IMG/VR virus record: IMGVR_UViG_3300042914_002678
Length of the DNA stretch: 64,000 bases
Strand: one strand, 5' to 3'
Source of the DNA: a virus
Lineage: Duplodnaviria; Caudoviricetes
The position numbers were made by a program, and so were the translations under genes. Under the pieces are notes generated by a model. The model did not search any database. It was given only the letters and a program-made list of their open reading frames with translations, and was not told the origin of the DNA. Shown one piece after another: positions 8,520 through 18,075 of this stretch; position 1 is the stretch's first letter; the number at the start of each line of letters is the position of its first letter.

Positions 8520-8635
8520 TTTTTCACGTAGTAGAAACACTTGCAAATAGTCCAATTTGGTTAGGACTTTGTGGATTTGGAATAGTTGTGGTTCCTATTA
8601 TGGGAATTGCTTTTATACATAATAACATAAAGTAA
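8516..8635 (+). CDS. Small membrane peptide (39 aa)
   Basis: MIFHVVETLANSPIWLGLCGFGIVVVPIMGIAFIHNNIK; ATGA overlap; not in track. Confidence 0.55.
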   Translation: MIFHVVETLANSPIWLGLCGFGIVVVPIMGIAFIHNNIK

Positions 8636-8644
8636 AGTAAAGAT

Positions 8645-9079
8645 ATGGCGACAATTACGTTAGCAGTTACAGCACCTTCTATTGGTAGTGAATGGACTGT
8701 TCAATTTACTGCGGACTCTTCAACAACAATTAAAACTATAACTGGGTTTTCAATTAGTGCCACAACTCCTAGTTTACCAAGTTTATTTTCAGTGTCTTCT
8801 GTAAATGGATATGACGGAAGTGGAGTTCAGTATGTAACTTGGAGATCTACAAGTCCAGCTGGTCAGCATCCAACTTCTGGATGGAGTATGGACATTTGGA
8901 ATCAAGCTTTTTATGAAGACATTATTACTTATAATGGTAATGTTGGTAAAGTATGGTCTGATGTGAATGGAGTAACTTATAGTTTAAATCCTAATAAGTG
9001 GAGTTTAATTTATAATTATGGTAGTTTATATGCTCCAGTATTTACGAAAGGTGGCACATTGACAGTAACAGTTACTTGA
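8645..9079 (+). CDS. Hypothetical Ser/Thr-rich protein
   Basis: 144-aa ORF with no recognised motif. Confidence 0.6.
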   Translation: MATITLAVTAPSIGSEWTVQFTADSSTTIKTITGFSISATTPSLPSLFSVSSVNGYDGSGVQYVTWRSTSPAGQHPTSGWSMDIWNQAFYEDIITYNGNVGKVWSDVNGVTYSLNPNKWSLIYNYGSLYAPVFTKGGTLTVTVT

Positions 9080-9115
9080 CAAAATTTATTACTTATGTTA
9101 CTATATTATAAATTA

Positions 9116-9189
9116 CGGAATGTAGCTCAGTTTGGTAGAGCACTCGCTTTGGGAGCGAGATGTCGCAGGTTCGAATCCTGTCATTCCGA
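9116..9189 (+). tRNA. tRNA-Pro(TGG)
   Basis: Acceptor CGGAATG/CATTCCG, anticodon arm CTCGC-tTTGGGa-GCGAG. Confidence 0.94.
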
Positions 9190-9205
9190 TTATTAATCAC
9201 TAGTA

Positions 9206-9754
9206 ATGTTACACTTTTTCAATTCTCCATTTGTATTTTCACAGAAAGTTGAAAACCATACTCAAATAAAAAATCAATTATTGCCAAAAATAATTGAAGA
9301 ATACAATCATAATAAAAATAAAGAAGATTATCTTTGGAGTAAAACTTCCGAAACCAAAATGATAACTAGTTATCATAACACTTCACCTGATTTTTATGAC
9401 GATTTTTTTTATGAAAATGTAGTCTTTAAACCTTTTAATGATTTGGTTAATCAGATTAATTTAAAAGTAAGTTCGGAATGTTCATTAGAGCAAATATGGT
9501 GGAATGTATATCATAAAAATGATTATGCAGATGTTCATAATCATGGACCAGAAAAAGTATCAGGAGTTTATTTGTTAAATTTAAATGAAAAAAATACTAC
9601 AGTTTTTATGACTAAAAACGAGTGCGCTTTTCAAACACATGAATCTGATTATGCAAAAGAAGGAGAAGTTTTATTATTTCCTTCAAGTTTACTTCATTAT
9701 GTTCGTCCTTCTAAAACAAGAAGAGTAACTATTTCATTTAATATTTCTATATAA
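9206..9754 (+). CDS. Putative 2OG-Fe(II) oxygenase
   Basis: WWNVY...HNH..SGVYLL...EGEVLLFPSSLLHYV...RVTISFN. Confidence 0.8.
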   Translation: MLHFFNSPFVFSQKVENHTQIKNQLLPKIIEEYNHNKNKEDYLWSKTSETKMITSYHNTSPDFYDDFFYENVVFKPFNDLVNQINLKVSSECSLEQIWWNVYHKNDYADVHNHGPEKVSGVYLLNLNEKNTTVFMTKNECAFQTHESDYAKEGEVLLFPSSLLHYVRPSKTRRVTISFNISI

Positions 9755-9838
9755 TAAAAACTAATCTATTTGATCCTTTCAACCCATTGACAACCACAAT
9801 TCACCATGCTATAATTTTCCTGTAAACAAAGCAAAACA

Positions 9839-10054
9839 ATGTCTCTGATTCAAAAGTTCAAAAAAGATGTTAGCACTCTTCAACTTGCTGCTAACGGGGA
9901 AATCTACCTTGATGTAAAGAATCCGAAACTTTATAAAAAGGTTCGTCGCTTCTACGAAAATGAAGGAGTCGTATTTTCTGGTGACCCCCTTGATGACTAT
10001 GAAATGCTCATGGAGTATGTTGCTCAAGATCTTGAGTCTGTTGAAGTTGCTTAA
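9839..10054 (+). CDS. Cyanophage-type hypothetical protein
   Basis: 71-aa ORF behind TTGACA...TATAAT promoter (9787-9815). Confidence 0.7.
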   Translation: MSLIQKFKKDVSTLQLAANGEIYLDVKNPKLYKKVRRFYENEGVVFSGDPLDDYEMLMEYVAQDLESVEVA

Positions 10055-10098
10055 AATTAAATATTTTTTCTTTGAAAAAAAAAGAAAATTATCAAAAA

Positions 10099-10554
10099 AT
10101 GAGTTATTCACTTTCTATTGTAAATGACCTAACAAAATTAGAAATTCTAAGAATTATTAGAAATAAATGTAGAGAATACATGACTGGATATACTGGAGAG
10201 ATATCAAAAGATCAACAACAAAAATGGTTCTCTTCTTTAGATAAAAACAAAAATATTCCTTTTCTATTCATTAAAAATGATACTAAAACATCTGTAGGAT
10301 ATGGATTAATAAAGTGTGAACTTGATACATGCTATTTGAGTGCTGGATTATTGGAAGAATACAGAGGATTTGGTATAGGTAAATTTTTATTTGAAGCATT
10401 AATAAGTGAGTGTTATAAAATAAATTGTAAATCTATACAATTACAAGTTTTAAAAACTAATAAAAGAGCTTTTAATCTATATAATAAATTAAACTTTAAA
10501 GTTTTTTCTGAAGATAATAGTAAATATTTTATGGAATTGATTGATTTAAAATGA
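10099..10554 (+). CDS. GNAT family N-acetyltransferase
   Basis: EEYRGFGIGKFL acetyl-CoA motif, N..AFNLYNKLNF. Confidence 0.8.
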   Translation: MSYSLSIVNDLTKLEILRIIRNKCREYMTGYTGEISKDQQQKWFSSLDKNKNIPFLFIKNDTKTSVGYGLIKCELDTCYLSAGLLEEYRGFGIGKFLFEALISECYKINCKSIQLQVLKTNKRAFNLYNKLNFKVFSEDNSKYFMELIDLK

Positions 10555-11279
10555 AAATATTAATTCTTTGTTGCTATTATGATAGACCTAATATGGTCAG
10601 ATTTGCTTTAAATTCTATAAAAAATCAGTCATATGATAATTGGGAATTAATTTTTGTAGACGACTCAAGTAAATTTCCAGGAAAACCAATTGTAGAAGAA
10701 ATATTAGGAGATTATCTTAACAAAGTAAAATTTTATCATACAAATGATCCAGAAAAAAAAGAAGGTAATGGAGAAAGCATTTTTGGAAAATATTGGAATA
10801 TTGCTTCTTTAAATAGTGACTCTGATATTTCTATTATGCTTTGTGATGATGATGCATTAACACCAAATTATCTTCAAGAATTATCGAAGTGGTATGAAAA
10901 TAATCCAAATCAAAACTATTCTTATTGTCATTTAAGTACATTTAATCCTTATGAAGTAAGATCTTTAGATGAAATTAAAATTAATCTTAATTATGGTTTA
11001 AATCATAAAGTACCTATAAATCCATACTGTATGTTAGACGCCAGCCAAGTCTCTTGGAGAACAGATGCCGTCCGTATGAATAATGTAAGATTTCCTTTTC
11101 CACAAACTTCCAGTTTAGACGCTGATTTTTATAAACAATTATTTGAAATTTATGGAGAATGTTACTTTAATGGAATTGTTGGACAATATAAAGGAATTCA
11201 TTGTGATCAATTAGGCTTGAGATTATTTGAAGAAAATAAAGTTTATACTGTTAATGATTTATCTTTTATACCACTATGA
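10551..11279 (+). CDS. Glycosyltransferase family 2
   Basis: SIKNQSYDNWELIFVDDSS, LCDDD. Confidence 0.85.
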   Translation: MKILILCCYYDRPNMVRFALNSIKNQSYDNWELIFVDDSSKFPGKPIVEEILGDYLNKVKFYHTNDPEKKEGNGESIFGKYWNIASLNSDSDISIMLCDDDALTPNYLQELSKWYENNPNQNYSYCHLSTFNPYEVRSLDEIKINLNYGLNHKVPINPYCMLDASQVSWRTDAVRMNNVRFPFPQTSSLDADFYKQLFEIYGECYFNGIVGQYKGIHCDQLGLRLFEENKVYTVNDLSFIPL

Positions 11280-12361
11280 TACCATTGTTTAAAGTCAGAA
11301 TGTCAGATCAAGCTCCTTCTTTAGTTAAGGAAGTTCTTGAATCTGGATTTATTGGTCAAGGAAATAAAGTAGAAGAGTTTGAAAATCTTTTATGGAAGGA
11401 ATTAAAAACAAAAGTAAAACCAATTACTGTAAATTCTTGTACTAGTGCGATTGATTTAGCACTTCATCTTTGTGGTGTTGGACCTGGAGATGAGGTAATT
11501 TCAACTCCACAAACATGCTTTGCAAGTCAAGTTGGAATTATTCATAGACATGCAACTATTAGATGGGGAGATATTGATCCTCAAACTGGATTAATATCTC
11601 CTGATAGTGTGTCTAAATTAATTACAAATAAAACTAAAGCAATTATTGCTGTTAATTGGGCAGGAAAACCTTGTGATTATTTAAAACTTAAATCCTTTGG
11701 AGTTCCTGTAATTGAAGATGCCGCACACACTTGGGATTCATTTTTAGAGACTTCTAATGAAAGAGGTGACTATATTTGCTATAGTCTTCAAGCGATTAAA
11801 TTTCTTACATCTTCTGACGGTGGAATTTTGATTACTCCAAAGAATAAAGAAGAAGACGCTCGTTTGTTAAGATGGTATGGTTTAGATAGAACCAAAAATG
11901 AGTCTTTTAGATGTACTCAAAATATAAAAGAAGCTGGTTTTAAATATCATATGAATGATGTTTGTGCTGCTATTGGAATCTGTAATATTCCCGAAGCAAG
12001 AGACTCTGTATTCAAGCATAAAAATAATGCAAAATTTTATTCTGAAAATTTAAAAGAATGTTCTTTTGTAAGTGCTCCCGAATATGACAAATATTGTTCC
12101 TATTGGATTTATTCTCTTTTAGTGGAAAAAGGAACTAAAGAAGAGTTTATTGAGTATCTAAAAGAAAATGGAATCAGTTCAAGTCCAGTTCACCATAGAA
12201 ATGATATGTATGAATGCGTTACTCAATTTGAAGAAGGTGAACTTGAAGGTGTTAGTGAATTTTATAAAAAACAAGTTAGCATTCCTGTTGGTTGGTGGTT
12301 ATCTAATCGGGATCTAAACCACATTATAACTGCAATAAAAAATTACGATTCTTTTTTATAA
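11276..12361 (+). CDS. DegT/DnrJ/EryC1/StrS PLP-dependent sugar aminotransferase
   Basis: NSCTSAIDLAL, VIEDAAH, YSLQAIKFLTSSDGG (PLP Lys), GFKYHMND. Confidence 0.93.
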   Translation: MIPLFKVRMSDQAPSLVKEVLESGFIGQGNKVEEFENLLWKELKTKVKPITVNSCTSAIDLALHLCGVGPGDEVISTPQTCFASQVGIIHRHATIRWGDIDPQTGLISPDSVSKLITNKTKAIIAVNWAGKPCDYLKLKSFGVPVIEDAAHTWDSFLETSNERGDYICYSLQAIKFLTSSDGGILITPKNKEEDARLLRWYGLDRTKNESFRCTQNIKEAGFKYHMNDVCAAIGICNIPEARDSVFKHKNNAKFYSENLKECSFVSAPEYDKYCSYWIYSLLVEKGTKEEFIEYLKENGISSSPVHHRNDMYECVTQFEEGELEGVSEFYKKQVSIPVGWWLSNRDLNHIITAIKNYDSFL

Positions 12362-12412
12362 TTAAATAGTCACGGATGGACTTTAACAGCACTGGTCGGG
12401 AGCAAACCCCTT

Positions 12413-12649
12413 ATGTCTAAAACAAGTGTCCTGAGATATATCGGGAACTTTCTCCTTCTACTTGGTTATCAAATCATGTTATGGGGAGATTTTAAAAATG
12501 GTTTGATTATTAAGTTTATCGGGGGACTGCTTGGTATTCCTTTTGCTATCAAACTCAAACTTTGGGATGTGTTATTTTTAATTGCATTCTTTGGTATCAC
12601 CGAAATATCAAAGTTAACCCAACTTTCTCTTAGTCCTGGAATGACTTAA
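12413..12649 (+). CDS. Small multi-TM membrane protein
   Basis: Several hydrophobic segments. Confidence 0.65.
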   Translation: MSKTSVLRYIGNFLLLLGYQIMLWGDFKNGLIIKFIGGLLGIPFAIKLKLWDVLFLIAFFGITEISKLTQLSLSPGMT

Positions 12650-12714
12650 AACTTAAACTGGTGGAGTCAATATGACCCTATTGTTACACACAAACACACA
12701 TATGGAGATTAATT

Positions 12715-12927
12715 ATGTCCAAAACACCTTATGAACTTCGGTTTGAAATTTTCAAACAAGCATACAATATGCTTAATGATAATTTCTGTGTTGAATATGA
12801 CTTTGCAAGAGCATGGAATGAAAATTCTATGAATAGTGTAAAGATGGATCTTCCAGAATTTCCAACTCTAAAACAAGTTCTTCAGCAAGCACAAGTTATT
12901 AATGACTTTGTTTCTGAAACAAAATAG
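12715..12927 (+). CDS. Hypothetical protein
   Basis: GGAGA RBS; MSKTPYELRFEIFKQAY. Confidence 0.7.
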   Translation: MSKTPYELRFEIFKQAYNMLNDNFCVEYDFARAWNENSMNSVKMDLPEFPTLKQVLQQAQVINDFVSETK

Positions 12928-12979
12928 GTTTGTAATTAAAAAATATCCTATATAAATAAATATAGTTGTATGGGATATA

Positions 12980-13414
12980 ATGGCGACAAGAGAACAAAAG
13001 TTAGAAGCGAAAAGACGCTACTATCAAAAGCATAAAAACAGATTAAATGAGGAATCAAGAGAACTCAATACCAGATTGAGATATGAAAAGAAAAACTTTA
13101 TCATAGAAAATCTTGGATCCAAGTGTTGTAAGTGTGGAACTACTGATTGTCTAGAAATAGATCACATCAATCCTGGACTTAAAAAAGATCAAAGATGTCT
13201 TTATGTTTGTTCTTGGGATAGGATAAAAAGTGAAATGGATAATCTCCAACTTCTCTGTAGTTCCTGCCACCAAGAAAGATCTCAGTTGCAAAAAGATGCT
13301 TCATGGTTTTATTTTAAAAATCTTTCTTTAGAAGAACAAAATAATCTAATGGAGAAATTTAAAAGAGAAGGTTCTACTTTACCTTCTTGGTGCCCGCAAG
13401 ATAAGGCACAATAA
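12980..13414 (+). CDS. HNH endonuclease
   Basis: CCKCG..DCLEIDHINP...NLQLLCSSCH; TATAAATA at 12951. Confidence 0.85.
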   Translation: MATREQKLEAKRRYYQKHKNRLNEESRELNTRLRYEKKNFIIENLGSKCCKCGTTDCLEIDHINPGLKKDQRCLYVCSWDRIKSEMDNLQLLCSSCHQERSQLQKDASWFYFKNLSLEEQNNLMEKFKREGSTLPSWCPQDKAQ

Positions 13415-13420
13415 AAATTC

Positions 13421-13495
13421 TTGCTGGTGCGGATGGGGAATTCTTTCTCCGCCTGGTTTCTAATTTCCAGTCAAAGAATTGGTGGCGAGCCTGAG
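13421..13495 (+). ncRNA. wcaG RNA motif
   Basis: GGTGCGGATGGG..CCGCCTGGTTTC..CCAGTCAAAG..GTGGCGAGCCTG; stems GCGGA/TCCGC, CTGG/CCAG, CTAATT/AATTGG; close upstream of gmd-fcl(wcaG). Confidence 0.7.
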
Positions 13496-13500
13496 TTATA

Positions 13501-13537
13501 AAGGTGGGTTGCATAAACTCACCTTTTTTAGTATAAT
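13501..13537 (+). terminator. Intrinsic terminator overlapped by sigma70 promoter
   Basis: AAGGTGGGTT-GCATA-AACTCACCTT + T run; TTGCAT(13509)-17-TATAAT(13532). Confidence 0.65.
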
Positions 13538-13552
13538 ATTACTAGGTATTCT

Positions 13553-14221
13553 TTGGATATGAATATTAATAGATTTTATATAAACTGCTTTGACAATAAA
13601 ACAGATCTTTGTGAAATAGGAGCAAAATATGGTACTGACAAATCTCCATATAGTTATGTAAATGAAGATTATTATAGACATTCGTATACACCTTTTTATT
13701 CCATTTTATTGTCTAGATATAGACATCAAAAAATAAATTTTGGCGAAATTGGAATATTGCACAACTCTTCAATTAAAATGTGGAGAGAATATTTTCTAAA
13801 TGCAAATATATATGCCTGGGACGGACATCATGAACACATAGAAAATGCTAAGAAGTGTAAATTGCAAAATGTAGTTTATGATTATATGCATACTTCTTTT
13901 GAAGAATCCATAGAACAATCGCTTTCAAAGTGTAAAGTAAAGTTTGATATTTTAATTGATGATGCTAGTCATTTATTTTGGGATCAAATTAGGTTGATTC
14001 GTGGATGTGTAAAATACTTATTGCCTTCTTCAATTTTAATAATTGAAGATATTGATAAAGGCAATTTGGAAGAATCGTATATTAATGAAATAAAAAATTA
14101 TGGGTATGACAAATATTATGACGAAATTTCTTTTATTGAATTTAATCATAATAATAGAAATTTAATTGATTATGATAATGATAAAATAATATTAATGACT
14201 AGATCAAATTATAGTGATTGA
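13553..14221 (+). CDS. Class I SAM-dependent (sugar O-) methyltransferase
   Basis: [25 protein letters not shown]. Confidence 0.75.
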   Translation: MDMNINRFYINCFDNKTDLCEIGAKYGTDKSPYSYVNEDYYRHSYTPFYSILLSRYRHQKINFGEIGILHNSSIKMWREYFLNANIYAWDGHHEHIENAKKCKLQNVVYDYMHTSFEESIEQSLSKCKVKFDILIDDASHLFWDQIRLIRGCVKYLLPSSILIIEDIDKGNLEESYINEIKNYGYDKYYDEISFIEFNHNNRNLIDYDNDKIILMTRSNYSD

Positions 14222-14241
14222 AATACTTTAATGTAAAAAAT

Positions 14242-15243
14242 ATGAAAACTGCATTGATAACTGGAATAACAGGACAAGATGGATCGTATCTTGCTGAACT
14301 CCTATTAGAGAAAGGATATGAAGTTCACGGCATAATTCGTCGTGCTTCATTAATCAATACTCATAGAATTGATCATATTTACGATCAGATTAAACTTCAC
14401 TATGGAGATCTTACAGACTCTACTAATCTTGTAAGAGTGATTCAGCAAGTTCAACCTGATGAGATTTACAATCTTGGTGCTCAAAGTCATGTAAAAGTGT
14501 CTTTTGAAGTACCAGAGTATACTGGTCAAACTGATGGATTGGGAACTCTTCGTATTCTTGAGGCAGTTCGTCTTCTGGGTATGGAGAATAAAACTAGAAT
14601 CTATCAGGCATCTACTTCAGAGATGTTTGGTAAGGTTCAAGAAATTCCACAGAAAGAAACAACACCATTTTACCCACGTTCACCTTATGGAGTTGCAAAA
14701 GTTTATGGATACTGGATCGTCAAAAATTACAGAGAGTCTTACGGATTACATGCAAGTTCTGGAATTCTTTTCAATCACGAATCCCCTAGAAGAGGAGAAA
14801 CTTTTGTCACAAGAAAAATCACTCGCGGATTATCATCTATTTCAACTGGGCAACAAGATGTATTATATCTCGGGAATCTGAATGCAAAGCGCGATTGGGG
14901 ACACGCTAAGGACTTTGTGGAGGCGATGTGGTTAATGCTGCAGCAAGATGAAGCAGATGACTATGTAATCGCCACAGGGGAGCAATACTCGGTGCGTGAG
15001 TTTGTTGAGGAGGCAGCACCTTATTTTGGAATGAAGATTGCTTGGGAAGGTGAAGGTCTTGATGAGGTTGGTATTGATAGACTTACCAAAAGAACTGTTA
15101 TTAAAGTAAGTCCTAAATATTTTAGACCTGCTGAAGTAGAAACCTTATTAGGTGATGCCACAAAGGCAAAAGAAAAATTAGGTTGGGAACCTAAAATTTC
15201 ATTTGAACAATTAGTTGAGGATATGTGCATTTATGGACAGTGA
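14242..15243 (+). CDS. gmd: GDP-mannose 4,6-dehydratase
   Basis: [52 protein letters not shown]. Confidence 0.98.
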   Translation: MKTALITGITGQDGSYLAELLLEKGYEVHGIIRRASLINTHRIDHIYDQIKLHYGDLTDSTNLVRVIQQVQPDEIYNLGAQSHVKVSFEVPEYTGQTDGLGTLRILEAVRLLGMENKTRIYQASTSEMFGKVQEIPQKETTPFYPRSPYGVAKVYGYWIVKNYRESYGLHASSGILFNHESPRRGETFVTRKITRGLSSISTGQQDVLYLGNLNAKRDWGHAKDFVEAMWLMLQQDEADDYVIATGEQYSVREFVEEAAPYFGMKIAWEGEGLDEVGIDRLTKRTVIKVSPKYFRPAEVETLLGDATKAKEKLGWEPKISFEQLVEDMCIYGQ

Positions 15244-16186
15244 TTCTAGAGTATTAGTTGCTGGTGCCAACGGGATGGTTGGATCAGCAATCGTGAGAAA
15301 CCTTGAGAGTAAAGGTTATAATAATATCATTAAAGGAACTCGTCAAGTTGTAGATTTCTCTTATGAGGAAGAAACTGAAAATTTCTTTAAAAAAAATAAA
15401 CCAGAATATGTTTTTGTTGCTGCCGCTAAGGTTGGTGGCATTATGGCAAACAATACTTACAAGGCAGATTTCCTAACTGAGAATCTTCGCATTCAGACTA
15501 ATATTATTGAGTCTGCTAATCGTTGGAATGTTAAAAAACTTTTGTTTCTTGGTTCTTCTTGCATCTATCCTAAGTTTGCCACTCAACCAATTGTGGAAGA
15601 TCAATTGATGACTGGTGCTTTGGAACCAACTAATGATGCCTATGCGATTGCTAAGATCGCTGGCATCATGTTGTGTCAGGCATATCGGCAACAGCATGGT
15701 TTTAATGCTATTTCATTGATGCCTACTAATCTTTACGGACCCAATGATAATTTTGATTTGGAGACATCTCACGTCCTTCCTGCAATGATTGCTAAGTTTC
15801 ATTATATGAAAGAGCATGGATATACTATTGATATGGGTGGTCCTTGGTACGGTAGTGTAAACCTATGGGGTGATGGTTCTGCAATGCGCGAGTTTTTGTA
15901 TGTTGATGATCTTGCAGAGGCGTGTTATATTTGTATGCAACACTATGACAGTTCTGAGCATATTAATGTTGGTACTGGTGAGGATATAACTATTAAGGAA
16001 CTTGCGGAAACTATTTCGAAAGTTGTTGGATTTATGGGTGAAATTGAGTGGGACATTACAAAACCAAATGGAACACCCCGTAAAGTGTTAAACGTAAACA
16101 AAATAAAAGAACTTGGTTGGGAACCAAAAATCGGTCTGTATGAAGGTATAGTAAAAACTTACGATTGGTATAAAGAAAATGTATGA
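15233..16186 (+). CDS. fcl: GDP-L-fucose synthase (WcaG/Fcl)
   Basis: [57 protein letters not shown]. Confidence 0.97.
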   Translation: MDSDSRVLVAGANGMVGSAIVRNLESKGYNNIIKGTRQVVDFSYEEETENFFKKNKPEYVFVAAAKVGGIMANNTYKADFLTENLRIQTNIIESANRWNVKKLLFLGSSCIYPKFATQPIVEDQLMTGALEPTNDAYAIAKIAGIMLCQAYRQQHGFNAISLMPTNLYGPNDNFDLETSHVLPAMIAKFHYMKEHGYTIDMGGPWYGSVNLWGDGSAMREFLYVDDLAEACYICMQHYDSSEHINVGTGEDITIKELAETISKVVGFMGEIEWDITKPNGTPRKVLNVNKIKELGWEPKIGLYEGIVKTYDWYKENV

Positions 16187-16523
16187 ATTAGTAAAAAAAC
16201 CATGGGGATCTTATACTAATATTTTAGAAGAAGATTATACCAAAGTAAAAAAAATAGTTATTAATCCTGGAGAATCACCAAGTTACCAGTATCACTTTAA
16301 AAGAAGTGAAGTTTGGGTGTTAGTTAAAGGCACTGCTAAAGTTAAAATAAATGATTTATTTTATGATTATAAGTCTGGTGATATTCTTTTTATACCCAAA
16401 GAAACAAAACATCAAATAACTAATAGCGGTTCTGAAGAATTAATTTTTATTGAGATTCAAATGGGTGAATATTTTGGAGAAGACGATATTGTAAGATTGG
16501 AGGATAATTATGGAAGAATTTAA
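16179..16523 (+). CDS. Mannose-6-phosphate isomerase type II-like cupin
   Basis: KPWGSY, SYQYHFKRSEVW, IEIQMGEYFGEDDIVRLEDNYGR. Confidence 0.88.
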   Translation: MYELVKKPWGSYTNILEEDYTKVKKIVINPGESPSYQYHFKRSEVWVLVKGTAKVKINDLFYDYKSGDILFIPKETKHQITNSGSEELIFIEIQMGEYFGEDDIVRLEDNYGRI

Positions 16524-18075
16524 AGTTTTAATACCAACGAGTGGGTTAGGATCTAGACTTGGCAATATTACAAAATACACAAATAAAAGTTTAGTTAGAA
16601 TTGGGGATATTCCTTCTATTTCTCATATTATAAATTTATATCCTTCAGACACTGAGTTTGTTATAACCTTGGGATACTATGGATCTCATGTTAAACAATA
16701 TCTATCTTTAGCACATCCAAATACTAAAATAGATTTTGTTGAAGTTGATAATTATATGGGAGAAGGTAGTAGTTTACTTTATTCCATATCTTTGTGTGAA
16801 GAATATTTGAACTGCCCATTTATTTTTCATGCATGTGATACTTTATTATCGAAAGATTACATATCAAAAATTGATTTTTCAACTAATTGGTCTGTTGGTG
16901 GAATAGGAACTAATAGTCAATCTTATAGAACTATTAATTCTATTAATGGTAAGATCATATCAATAAATGAAAAAGGAGAACAAAATTTTGATTATGTTTA
17001 TGTTGGAGTATCTGGAATACTTCAACATGAAATTTTTTGGAATGTTTGTAAATCAACATTACAAAAATCAAACAGTCAAGATTTAAGTGATTGTGATATT
17101 ATTAGAAAAATGTCTGATTTTTCTTTAATTAAAGTGGGTGAATGGTATGATATTGGAAATATTGATTCTCTAAAAATTGCGAGAGAAAATCATTTATCAT
17201 CTATTAATGTTTTGGACAAAGAAGATGAAAATATATTTTTATTAGATAATTTAGTAATTAAATTTTTCCATAATAAAAAAGTATGTTCAGATAGAGTTTT
17301 AAGATCTTCTAAATTGTTTGGTGTTGTCCCATCAATAATTAAATCAACTGAAAATTTTTATTCATATGAATATGTTCGAGGAAATTTATTTTCTGAAGCA
17401 TTAGATATTATTAAATTTAGAGAACTATTAAATTGGTCTGTTGATAATCTTTGGATTGAGAGTGAAGATTCTAATTATAAAAACAATGCTCTTTCATTTT
17501 ATAAAGATAAAACTTTAATAAGAATTAATAAATTTTTAGAAAAATATAACTTAGAAGATAAAATTGATAATATTAATGGAATAGAAATTCCTCCCATGAA
17601 AGAATTAATATCCGAGGTTAATTTTAATTCTATTATTGGAGAAACACCTACAAAATTTCATGGAGATTTTATTTTAGATAATATTATCTACAATAATGAA
17701 AAGTCTTTTACTCTTATTGATTGGAGGCAAGATTTTAATGGTAATTTGGAATGTGGAGATATGCATTATGATATTGCAAAATTAAACCATAGTTTGACTC
17801 TTAATCATAAAATTCTTTCGGATCAAATGTATATAATTAATATTGGTGATTCTGAAATATATTGTGATGTTTATATTAAAAAGACTTTTTCTGATTGTAG
17901 GAAATTGTTAAGACAATTTTGTATTATTAATGAGATTGATTATGAAAAAATTAAAATACTTACGTCATTAATATGGGTAAATATGGCACCACTTCATGAA
18001 CATCCTCTTGATATGTTTTTATATTATTTTGGTAAATACAATTTATTTTTAAATTTAAAAGGAGATGAAAAATGA
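16510..18075 (+). CDS. Nucleotidyltransferase-kinase (APH/choline-kinase-like) fusion
   Basis: N-term SGLGSRLGNIT..NKSLV; C-term FHGDFILDN..IDWRQ..GDMHYDIAKL. Confidence 0.8.
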   Translation: MEEFKVLIPTSGLGSRLGNITKYTNKSLVRIGDIPSISHIINLYPSDTEFVITLGYYGSHVKQYLSLAHPNTKIDFVEVDNYMGEGSSLLYSISLCEEYLNCPFIFHACDTLLSKDYISKIDFSTNWSVGGIGTNSQSYRTINSINGKIISINEKGEQNFDYVYVGVSGILQHEIFWNVCKSTLQKSNSQDLSDCDIIRKMSDFSLIKVGEWYDIGNIDSLKIARENHLSSINVLDKEDENIFLLDNLVIKFFHNKKVCSDRVLRSSKLFGVVPSIIKSTENFYSYEYVRGNLFSEALDIIKFRELLNWSVDNLWIESEDSNYKNNALSFYKDKTLIRINKFLEKYNLEDKIDNINGIEIPPMKELISEVNFNSIIGETPTKFHGDFILDNIIYNNEKSFTLIDWRQDFNGNLECGDMHYDIAKLNHSLTLNHKILSDQMYIINIGDSEIYCDVYIKKTFSDCRKLLRQFCIINEIDYEKIKILTSLIWVNMAPLHEHPLDMFLYYFGKYNLFLNLKGDEK

